DNA of 64,000 nt, taken from contig CAWBAT010000006.1 of assembly GCA_963786955.1 (NCBI GenBank), positions 352,001-416,000 on the forward strand, given 5' to 3'. Below are positions 54,589 to 64,000 of the stretch, piece by piece (the first letter of the stretch is position 1; each line of letters begins with the position of its first letter). The position numbers were made by a program, and so were the translations under genes. The notes beneath the pieces were generated by a model. That model saw nothing but the letters and a program-made list of their open reading frames with translations. It did no database searches and was not told the origin of the DNA. Origin of the DNA: an uncultured Acidimicrobiia bacterium. GTDB taxonomy: Bacteria; Acidobacteriota; Terriglobia; Versatilivoradales; Versatilivoraceae.

Positions 54589-55332
54589 ATGTGGATGCAT
54601 CAACCAGTTCGGATTCGACCGATGGGGTGGCCCGGATTGAGAGTTTTGTCCGTCTTGCTGCTGAGCGCTGCGGTGGTAAGTTATCCTACGGCTTTTTATC
54701 CTGAAACAACGCCCGAAATCAATAAAGTCTTCGAGCGGATTGATCACGCCGGCAAATCCATCGTTGATCTAACTGCTGGGATCACTCAAAGCAAGGTCAC
54801 TCTGGTCGTCAATGACACGTCAACCGATACCGGGAAACTCATGTTGAAGCGGACCAAGAGCGGAAATCGGACTCGATTGGATTATCAAACACCCGAATTA
54901 AAGACGTTGTTGATTGACAAAGGGAAAATCTGGATTTACGAGCCGAACTTGAAACGATTGCAGGAAATCGAGCTTGGAAAAAATCGCGACCAGGCAGAAT
55001 TTATGCTGGTGGGTCTGGGACAATCCAGTAGTGCGCTGTTACGTGCCTACGACGTGAAGTATTTGAAGGAAGAGAACGTCAACGGAAGCAAAGCTTCCTT
55101 GATTGAGCTAAAGCCGAAATCGGAGAAGGCGTCCGCTATGTTCTCGAAGATTTGGCTTTGGATTGATTATAGTTTCGGGATCCCCATTCAGAGCCGGCTC
55201 ACCGAATCCAATGGAGATTATCTGACCTTGCAATTGGCAAACATTAAGATTAATCCAAATTTGACCGATAAAGACTTTAAACTGAACCTGCCTCCAGGGG
55301 TTGAAAAAATTTCTCCCATGAAATCCAAATAA
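54589..55332 (+). CDS. LolA-like periplasmic lipoprotein carrier (start uncertain)
   Basis: Signal peptide; RLDYQTPELKTLLIDKGKIWIYEP, LIELKPK, IWLWID, INPNLTDKDFKLNLPPGV. Confidence 0.85.
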   Translation: MWMHQPVRIRPMGWPGLRVLSVLLLSAAVVSYPTAFYPETTPEINKVFERIDHAGKSIVDLTAGITQSKVTLVVNDTSTDTGKLMLKRTKSGNRTRLDYQTPELKTLLIDKGKIWIYEPNLKRLQEIELGKNRDQAEFMLVGLGQSSSALLRAYDVKYLKEENVNGSKASLIELKPKSEKASAMFSKIWLWIDYSFGIPIQSRLTESNGDYLTLQLANIKINPNLTDKDFKLNLPPGVEKISPMKSK

Positions 55333-55352
55333 GCGAAGTCGCTGCTACCTCA

Positions 55353-55723
55353 ATGCCGAAAAAAATCCTATCTGGTCGACGACGACCCCAAAATTCTTCT
55401 CCTCGAGAAGACAATTCTGAACCAATCGGGTATTCTCCGTGGAGACGGCTTCCGATGGGATGGAAGCCTTAGAAAAGCTGAAGAAGAGTTCTTATGACGC
55501 GATCGTTTTGGACATTTTGATGCCTCGTATGGACGGATATGAGACGGCGAAAGAGATCAAGAAATTGGAGAACCACAAGGCGACTCCGATCGTTATGGTA
55601 ACCGCCGCTCAAGAGAGGGAGGCCATGAAGCAGAGTTTTGCATCCGGTGTGCTCGTTTTCATGAATAAACCCTTCACGGCCCAAACCTTTCTTTCGCTCA
55701 TTCAGACTGTCCTCAACAAGTAA
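55353..55723 (+). CDS. Single-domain response regulator (indels near the 5' end)
   Basis: MPKKIL / VDDDP / TASDGMEAL, LDILMPRMDGYE, IVMVTA, KPF. Confidence 0.88.
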
Positions 55724-55883
55724 GATCTCGGCATCACCGAGCGGATTCCAAAGCCAGGGACTCTCGAAATTTGAGTCCTCTCTTAGATTCCGGACCGCGT
55801 ACCCTACCTTTCGCCAGCCCTTGAGCCCTTCTTGCAGACAGAAGACTTGCGCAATAACCCCCGTCAGGAATGCTCAAAGATAG

Positions 55884-58589
55884 TCATTCCACGCCTGCGA
55901 TCAACTGTCTGAGAACATAGGGGAGGATACCCCCATGCTCGTAATAATCCACCTCAATGGGGGTATCGATTCGCAAAATGAGAGCCGTTCTATCGGTGGC
56001 ACCAGATGCCCGATGAATCACCAAGGTGAGATCCTGCTGCGGTTGGAGTGGCCTATCAAGTCCTTCGATGTCGAATCGTTCACTTCCATCCAGATGGAGG
56101 GATTGGGCAGTAGTGGCCTCTTTGAATTGACAGGGAAGCACTCCCATTCCTACCAAATTGCTCCGATGGATCCTTTCGAAACTCTGCGCGACCACGGCTT
56201 TGACGCCAAGAAGTTTCGTTCCTTTTGCAGCCCAATCCCTCGAACTCCCTGTGCCATACTCTTGCCCCGCAAAGACCATCAAAGGAATACCCTCCTTTTG
56301 ATATTTCAGTGCGGCATCATAGATGCTCATCAGTTGAAGGTCCGGTTGATGGAGTGTCACCCCGCCCTCGACTCCAGGCACCATGAGGTTTTTGATGCGC
56401 ACATTGGCAAAGGTCCCACGAGTCATGATTTGGTCATTGCCTCGACGTGCGCCATAGCTATTAAAGTCGTCTGGCGCCACGCCCCTCTCTTGAAGGTAGA
56501 TGCCCGCCGGAGAGGTTTTCTTAATGGCTCCTGCAGGGCTGATATGGTCAGTCGTGACGGAATCGCCAAAAATCGCCAATGCCCGTGCCTTCTTAATTTC
56601 CCCCGTCGGAGACACCGCCATAGAAAAGTTTTCAAAAAAAGGAGGGTCTTGAATATAAGTAGAATCAGGGTCCCATTCATAGAGATCGCCCGTACTACTG
56701 GGAACTTCATTCCACAGCGGATTCTGGTTGCTGAAGTCCTTATAGAGTTTACGAAAGACGCTTGGATCCATAACCTTTTCCATCAATTCGCGGATATCCT
56801 TAGGGGAGGGCCAGATATCCCTTAAATAGACCTCTTTACCATCCTGCCCTGTGCCTAGTGGTTCAGCGGACAGGTTGATGTCGACCCGCCCAGCCAGTGC
56901 AAATGCCACAACGAGCGGGGGGCTCATTAGGAAATTGGCTTTGATGCTCTGGTGCACTCTGGCTTCGAAGTTCCGGTTCCCGCTGAGAACGCTGGCGGCA
57001 ATGAGATCGTTCTTGGTGACCACTTCTTCGATCCTCGCATCAAGCGGGCCCGAATTCCCGATACACGTCGTACATCCATAGCCGACGAGATGGAATCCAA
57101 GCCGATCCAGATACGGCTGCAAACCGGTATTGACAAGATAGTCCGTGACCACACGGGATCCCGGCGCCAATGATGTTTTCACGGTCGGACGGACGCTCAA
57201 ACCCTTTTCAACTGCCTTTTTGGCGAGCAACCCGGCAGCCAACATCACACTGGGATTAGAAGTGTTTGTGCAGGACGTAATCGCAGCGATGAGCACATCG
57301 CCATGTCCCACATCTCCTAGAGGCTGCTGGCCATTCGCAAACGAGAATCGTTTTCGAAGATCGTCCTTAGATTTGTTGTATCCATTTTCTGCCACCGGAA
57401 TTTGGAAGAGTTCCGTAAACCGACTCTTTAGTTCCGAAAGCTCAATCCGATCCTGAGGGCGTTTAGGACCGGCTACGGCTGGCCGGATTTCCTGAAGGTC
57501 GATTTCAATCATTTGGAATAGTCGCACTCTCCTTGAACGGGGACTCCAAATAATCCCTGGGCTTTGAAGTAGTTTCGAAATGTTTCAACGTGTTCCGGGG
57601 TACGTCCTGTCGCCAGCAAGTACTTGCAGGTTTCCTCGTCCGCAGGGAAAAATCCCATCGTGGCTCCATATTCGGGAGCCATATTCGCAATCGTTGCCCG
57701 ATCCATCGCCGGCAGCGAAGCCGTGCCTTCCCCATAAAATTCGACAAATTTCCCTACCACCTTCTCTCGACGCAGCCTCTCGGTACAATGCAGAACCAAG
57801 TCAGTAGCCGTTACTCCGTCACACAAGGAGTTCTTTAAATGAACACCGACCACATCCGGGGTCAAAAAATAAACGGGCTGCCCCAACATTCCTGCTTCGG
57901 CTTCAATTCCCCCGACCCCCCATCCTACAATTCCCAATCCATTAATCATGGTGGTGTGGGAATCAGTTCCAACCAGAGTGTCTGGATAAAAGACGCCTTG
58001 CTTTTCCAACACTCCTTTCCCCAAGTATTCCAAATTGACTTGGTGAACGATTCCAATTCCCGGAGGAATGACTCTAAAGCCGTCAAAGGCTTGCATTCCC
58101 CATTTCAGAAACTGATATCGAGGACGGTTTCTCTTGAACTCCATTTCCATGTTTTGCTGGAAAGCGGTGAGGGTGCCGGAGAAATCAACTTGGACGGAAT
58201 GGTCCACGACGAGATCAACCGGTACAAGAGGCTCAATGAGCTTGGCATCCTTCCCCATCCGGGCGCAGGCCGATCGCATCGCTGCCAAATCTACCAATAG
58301 CGGAACCCCCGTGAAATCCTGGAGTACAATCCGCGCCACAATGAAGGGGATCTCATCGGTTCGCTTGGCTTGGGGTTGCCAATGCGCCAACTGAGTGATG
58401 TCGCCTTCTTGGATTTTCTTTCCATCAAAGTTCCGAAGGACTGACTCCAGAACAATCCGAATACTGACCGGCAAACGAGAAATCTTTCCAAGACCTTCTG
58501 CCTCCAGTTGGGGTAGTGAATAATATTGACCTGTTCTCCCCACTACCCAAAAGGAAGGTTTTTAAGGAATTATATAAATGATGTGCCAT
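55884..58589 (-). CDS. acnA: Aconitate hydratase A (indels near 57510 and 58540)
   Basis: [61 protein letters not shown]. Confidence 0.97.
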
Positions 58590-58846
58590 TGAAATCCCTC
58601 TCAATTACAAAGAATCATTGCCATGCACCATCAGAACTCAGGGACCCGTTCCATTCCGAGAATATTCGCAGCAGAAGACCCTGTCAAGGTCCCGAATGAA
58701 CATAAGCAAGTTTTAACAGCCAGCCACAATTTCAAGTTTAACAGCAGACCTCCGTTGCGGTAAGCTTTCATTGCCTTGTTCAGGGACAAGGGATTTGCTG
58801 GCAACGAATCCTTATGCCCTATAGGACATCCGCCTTTTAGCTATGA

Positions 58847-59150
58847 GTGAATCCTCAAGAATCGGTTTGCCGCTTGATGGAAAACACAGGATTCACAGTC
58901 ACTCGGGTGATCTCTGATGAATTCCAAATGCGTTTCCTCGACGGGACAAGTTTGCTGAATCATGTCTTAACAAGGATCGGGTTCCTCACCGGGTGGTTGG
59001 ATGTAGTCGAGGAAAAGGATCGGGACCACCTATTCGCCTTACTCGAACAGGAGCTGAACGATATCGCAACCAGCCAAGGCTGTCTGACGATGACGATCCC
59101 GATGCTCTATCTCGAAGCCAAAGCCTCTAAACTCAGGCGAGAGAGGAGAA
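58847..59150 (+). pseudogene. Probable C-terminal remnant of a class I SAM methyltransferase
   Basis: MRFLDGTSLLNH..IGFLTGW..TIPMLYLEA resembles methyltransferase C-termini (from recall); no SAM-binding N-terminus upstream. Confidence 0.4.
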
Positions 59151-59152
59151 AC

Positions 59153-59823
59153 ATGTTTGCCGGGCATCTGGGCGCAGGGTTAATCCTGAAACGAATCAAT
59201 CCGTCTGTCAATTTGGGCCTTCTGTTCCTGGCGACCTTGTTCCTCGACGTGATTCTCTGGGTGTTCATCCTGCTGGGCATCGAGTCCATACGCGTTCCTG
59301 CCGATTTTCAGAAACGGCATTATTTGACTTTCTTTTTTCCATACTCTCACGGATTAGTATTTAGCATTTTTTGGTCTCTGTTATTCGGGTTTGATCTGTT
59401 TACTGGCTTTGGAGATCTTCCTCGACTGTGAGGCGCAACGCAGCTTTCATTATGGCGATTACTGTGTTTTCTCATTTCATCTTGGACTTTCTTGTGCACG
59501 TCCCTGAAATGCCAGTTTATCGGACCCGGTTCACACCCTTTAGGATTAGGCTTGTGGAACCATCTGCCACTCGCCCTCGGACTGGAGAGTTTGATTGCTT
59601 TGACAGGAACCTATCTCTGGCTGCAAGATTCGAAGCGAACCTTCTCGTGTCAGTTATCCTTGGGGCTATTGATGGGGCTCGTCACTGCAATGACCGTGGT
59701 GGGACAGTGGCTGCAGACTTCACCGCCAGAGCCTATCCAGATGGCCGTTTCATCGACTCACCTTTATCTTATTGCTGATTGGGGCCGGATATCTGGATTG
59801 ACCGAAAATCAGTTCGCTTGTGA
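59153..59823 (+). CDS. Membrane protein, metal-dependent hydrolase-like, frameshifted
   Basis: GAGAGGAG RBS; MFAGHLG, PYSHGL, FSHFILDFLVH, LGLGLWN. Confidence 0.75.
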
Positions 59824-59831
59824 AAATCTCC

Positions 59832-60389
59832 ATGCAAACGGAACTCTCGAATTCATTCATCAAGATCCGTCGTTACGTGACGGCAGATATTCCACTCCTA
59901 TTCGAGGCAGCACGCGAATCGGTCGCCGCAGGTTCCCGCTGGCTTCCCTGGTTGCACCCCGACTATTCCATGGCCGAAAGTTTGGAATGGGTGGTCGATT
60001 GCCGCAGACAGTGGGATCAAGGTCGCGAATATAGCTTTGCCATTGTCGATCCTACTAAACGACCAGTTTCTCGGAGGCGTTGGGTTAAATCAAATCAGCA
60101 ATACCTATCGAATGGCCAATCTGGGCTACTGGGTGAGATCCAGCTGCACGGGCCGCGGAGTCGCAACGGCCGCGACACAGTCTGATCGCTCAATTTGGAT
60201 TTACAGTCCTACCGCTTCAACGACTCGAGATTCTGGCTGAAGTAGACAACATAGCCAGTCAGCGGGTCGCCGAAAAAGCCGGTGCCTTGCGGGAAGGACT
60301 TCTTCGCAGGCGGCTTGTGATCCACGGGAACTCGGTGGATGCTGTTCGTCTATTCCCTCATTGCTCCCGACGCGATAGCCGCGCTTTAA
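59832..60389 (+). CDS. RimJ/RimL-type GNAT acetyltransferase, frameshifted
   Basis: RWLPW, ANLGYWVRSSCTGRGVAT, NIASQRVAEKAG..EG read across frames. Confidence 0.85.
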
Positions 60390-60607
60390 TCCGCACTCGC
60401 ATGAAGCCATGAAAATCTCGGCCGTAGCGGAGAATCAGGCCTTCGGTCTCCCTCTAACTTCCATAATCTCTGTTGGGCATTGCTCCAGCACCCAACGGGT
60501 TCACACGCTTTCCGCAATTCTTTTCATTCCCCCCAGTCCACGGTCGACCGAACACTTTGCACCTGAATCCCTACCCACAGGTTCACAAGATATATTAAAG
60601 TATCACT

Positions 60608-61894
60608 ATGAACATAACAGTAATGCCTGCCAAAAGTGTCGTGGGTCACATTCAGCTTCCTGGAGATAAGTCGATCTCTCATCGGCTAGCCATATTGGGC
60701 GCCATCTCGGTCAGGAGAAACATCAATCGAGAATTTCGCCAGTAGTCAGGATTGCCACAGTACACTTGGATGTTTCATGGCATTGGGGGTTGCCCATTGA
60801 GAAGGACGGCAAAAACCATATTCGCATCCGGGAAAGGCCTGAATGGATTCACTCCCCACACGATATCCTAGATGCTGGCAACTCGGGCTCGACCATTCGC
60901 ATGTTGTCGGGAATACTGGCAGGGAATCCCTTCCAATCAACCATCACAGGGGATGCATCATTGCAACGCCGTCCAATGAATCGTGTTCTTGTTCCGCTGG
61001 AGCAGATGGGCGCCGATATTCAAGCGACCGAAGGCAATTACCCCCCGCTCACGATCAAAGGGGGTCTACTAAAGCCGATCCGTTACACTCTGCCGGTTGC
61101 CAGTGCCCAAGTAAAGTCTGCAATCTTATTGGCAGGATCTGTATGCCGAAGGCGATACGACCGTCATTGAGCCAATTCCAACACGAAATCATACTGAGAC
61201 TGGCTCTTCTGGAGTTTGGGGGAAAGCTCGCCTTTGACGGCAACGCAATCACGATCGCCGGCAAGCAAAAGCTCCATGGCATCCAAACCAAAGTGCCGGG
61301 CGACATCTCCTCGGCTGCATTCTTTTTGGCTGCTGCACTCCTGCTGGAAATTCGGAGATTCGGATGGCCGGGTTGGACTCAGCCCGGGCGCCGCGGCATC
61401 GTTGACCTGTTGATGAAAATGGGTGCTTCCATCGAAATAATTGATCCACGTCGCGAGGGCGGGGAGCCTGTCGGAGACTTATGCGCCAAATCGTCAGAAT
61501 CTGAAGGGCGGAAGGGTTGCCGGTCAAGATGTGCCCCAACTCATCGATGAGATTCCCAATCCTGGCGGTATTAGGAACACAGACGGCCGAAGGAATTGAA
61601 ATCCGGGATGCCGCAGAACTCCGCATCAAAGAAAGTGATCGAATTCGAAGTATCGTGGACAACCTCCGCAGCATGGGGGCCACAGTGGAGGAATTCCCGG
61701 ACGGGTTGTTCGTAGCCGGGAAGCAAATCTTAAAAGGGACACGAATCAACACCTATGGTGATCATCGCATTGCCATGGCCTTCGCCATTGCAGGGCTGCT
61801 GGCCCAAGGGGAAACTGTGATCCAAGACGCTGAGTGCGCTGCGGTTTCTTTCCCGGATTTTTTTGAAACGTTGCAGCGCCTCATCTTGCCCTAG
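60608..61894 (+). CDS. aroA: EPSP synthase, several apparent indels
   Basis: [66 protein letters not shown]. Confidence 0.96.
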
Positions 61895-62099
61895 TTCGCG
61901 CTTTCTGAATACGACATTGCTTGTTGTTAGGAGAGAAGGCAATCGGAATGCGTGCCGATCAAACGACAAACAGCTCTTGTCCTAACCCCTTGGGTCTCGC
62001 TTCTTCCAACAAAACCAGGGCAGACCGAAAAACTTTGAACAAGACAAACATCCTCACAATTTGTTTCTGCCTGGACAAGGAGGGACGAAGAGGAAAACA

Positions 62100-63446
62100 T
62101 TAGTTTGCAATTGCCGTGTGCAAAACGGCTCGCTTGCTGACCTCGCTGTGCAAGGCTTCCAAGAAAATGCCAAAGCGGTGGAGACCGAACCGGAGGGCCC
62201 CGGTGTCTCTCGCGGAAACTACTTCTTCTGCGAAGTTCTCGAATTCTTCCCAATCTTTAAACATCAAATACCTTAGCCCGCTCTCACGGAAATTATGGAA
62301 TTTCTTGACCAGTTGGGGGAGGTTTTCAACATTGGCCTCGGATTCGAACTGTTTCATTCCGCTCGTTAAGAGCGAGATTTCCTGAAGCAATTTGTGTGAC
62401 TGGTCCAGCCGGGTCACATAGGTGGAAAAGATGAGTCGTCCATCGAAAGCCGGTTCGAATGCCTGGGCGATCCGAACCATCGACTGTTGAAGAGAATTCT
62501 TCAGAAGTCCATGGCTGTTTTCAATTTTGGCAAAGACAGGGGGAGCATGACGCAAATAAACCAGCCCTACGAGCTCATAGCTAAAGACCTTTTTGAGTTC
62601 CTGGCTTAAAGCAAAAATGGTCGAGTCCAGGATTTCAATACTTCCGGAACTAATGTCAGGATGTTTGCATATTTTCGATTCAATGAAATCGAACAACATA
62701 CGCAGTTCTGAATTGACCAGCGAAAAGATCAAGAGGGCCTTCTTCAACGGACGGTCTTGCTCTAAGTCTTTTTCGATGAATTCCAAGTAACGCAACAAAC
62801 GGAACATCTCGAGAAAGACTTTAGCCAGATCCTGACGCAAGCTCTCGTTGTGAATGCGCTTGATGAATGACGCGATATGTTGATTATCGACACGATCGTA
62901 CTGGACTTTGAATTTGTGTGCCACGAGGATCTCAATGTAACGGCACTGCTTGATCTCACGATTGATCAACTTTCCCATTGACGAGAAAGTCTTAAACGTC
63001 ACCTCAGGTGCTTTGATCAATTCTTCCATGAGGCAGCGAAGATCCGCCAAGGATTCCAACAGGAGCGCGAGCGAATCATCCGGGGTCGGCTGGGTTTTCA
63101 TGCGGTGCAAGAAATTTCCAATTGCATTATCACTTTTGAGGGTACCGCTGACATAATTATCAAACTGGATGAGGTTGGAACGATCCTGGGAAATGACTTC
63201 GTTGGCGAGAACACTCATTCGCAAGGTCACGTCGCGAACAATGGATAACTCTTCCTTAAAATCCTTCAGAAGGAAGTTCTTAATTTCTCCATCTTCGGAC
63301 GGTTGGTTTTGTGTTCTGAAAAAGCGGTCAAAACATTTGACCCACATTTCCAGTTCCAGCAGATAATCCGTTTTGTTCTTACGGCTGATCTCATCGAGCC
63401 AGCGATTTAGAGCCGTTTGCGTTGTGCTTTGAAGAAGATCACTCAT
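62100..63446 (-). CDS. Hypothetical, predicted helical protein (about 448 aa)
   Basis: Long uninterrupted ORF with amphipathic helical pattern; no family recognised. Confidence 0.8.
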   Translation of the reverse strand: MSDLLQSTTQTALNRWLDEISRKNKTDYLLELEMWVKCFDRFFRTQNQPSEDGEIKNFLLKDFKEELSIVRDVTLRMSVLANEVISQDRSNLIQFDNYVSGTLKSDNAIGNFLHRMKTQPTPDDSLALLLESLADLRCLMEELIKAPEVTFKTFSSMGKLINREIKQCRYIEILVAHKFKVQYDRVDNQHIASFIKRIHNESLRQDLAKVFLEMFRLLRYLEFIEKDLEQDRPLKKALLIFSLVNSELRMLFDFIESKICKHPDISSGSIEILDSTIFALSQELKKVFSYELVGLVYLRHAPPVFAKIENSHGLLKNSLQQSMVRIAQAFEPAFDGRLIFSTYVTRLDQSHKLLQEISLLTSGMKQFESEANVENLPQLVKKFHNFRESGLRYLMFKDWEEFENFAEEVVSARDTGALRFGLHRFGIFLEALHSEVSKRAVLHTAIAN

Positions 63447-63662
63447 CCGTCGTTCCACCAGCCCCTCTTTGAAAATGACTCCTTCTAGGTTGCAACGATA
63501 AATGCTTGAACCCACCGAGGTTAACGTCCCGAGTGAAAGCGAATTTTGGCGAACCTCAGCAACGTCGTGCAAATGCCACCATAGAAATCTTATCGGTAAT
63601 TTCGGCCGGAGGTTCACAATTGGAATAAAGAAAGGATAAATCGAGAAATTAAGGGCGAAAGG

Positions 63663-64000
63663 CTAGGAAGGGTTTGCTTTCTTAGGTTTCCAATAGCTCT
63701 CACCTTGAGCGCGCATCCCGTCCAGGACGCGCTGGACCTCGCCAATTTTCTGTCTCACTTCCGTTTCATCGGCATGGCGCGAAACGTAAATCGGGGGAGC
63801 CTTAAAAACCATCGCGCGCGTGTAGGGGAGCGGGATCTGGGCTTGATCCCAACTGTTCAGCTGGATTTTCTTCTCTAGAGCAATATGAAAGCAGAAGATG
63901 GGATCTCCCGTTTTGCGGGCAAGCAAAACTGGCCCTGGCTTTGCTTGATAGCGAGGACCCCGAGGCCCATCAACGCTAAAGCACACCTCACGGCCTTTTC
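63663..64000 (-). CDS. DUF374 / lysophospholipid acyltransferase family protein, C-terminal part
   Basis: VDGPRGP..KPGPVLLARKTG..SWDQAQIPLPY. Confidence 0.85.
   Translation of the reverse strand, partial: KGREVCFSVDGPRGPRYQAKPGPVLLARKTGDPIFCFHIALEKKIQLNSWDQAQIPLPYTRAMVFKAPPIYVSRHADETEVRQKIGEVQRVLDGMRAQGESYWKPKKANPS

Noticed and set aside
55935-56825. 296-aa ORF on the + strand (likewise 13954..14559, 31812..32432, 33295..33843)
   Set aside because: Antisense shadows of well-supported genes with no motifs of their own
55884-61894. Programmed frameshifting or pseudogenisation of acnA, aroA and neighbours
   Set aside because: Motifs are otherwise intact, indels are scattered over unrelated genes and checked cases are in homopolymers; assembly error is simpler

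Overview
Ordinary chromosomal window from a bacterium, most likely Acidobacteriota (inferred from two tandem acidobacterial-type VWA proteins, a membrane Ser/Thr kinase-TPR protein and a divergent Hfq paralogue). It holds about 50 housekeeping, metabolic and envelope genes, including smpB, lutABC, thiC, yhbY, asnS, rocF, ddl, acnA and aroA. I recognised no rRNA, tRNA, CRISPR array, transposase or phage gene. Many genes in 1-21 kb and 55-62 kb are split by 1-bp indels; the ones I checked sit in homopolymers, which points to long-read assembly error rather than pseudogenes. Main observations: (1) a selenoprotein gene missing from the ORF track (Rdx/SelW family, C-x-x-U, in-frame TGA followed by a SECIS-like hairpin) at 41446-41670; (2) a PduS+PduT microcompartment electron-transfer pair with no other shell genes in the window, near lutABC and an aldehyde dehydrogenase; (3) a probable hidden small gene just downstream of the kinase-TPR gene, possibly a receptor/partner pair; (4) many GTAG-type REP palindromes, including a 77-bp tandem array with junctions at a hairpin apex and REP doublets nested inside unrelated outer inverted repeats; (5) an operon with two LolA-fold proteins around a MacB/LolCDE-type ABC transporter. 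All family assignments come from motif recognition by eye; no database search was run.
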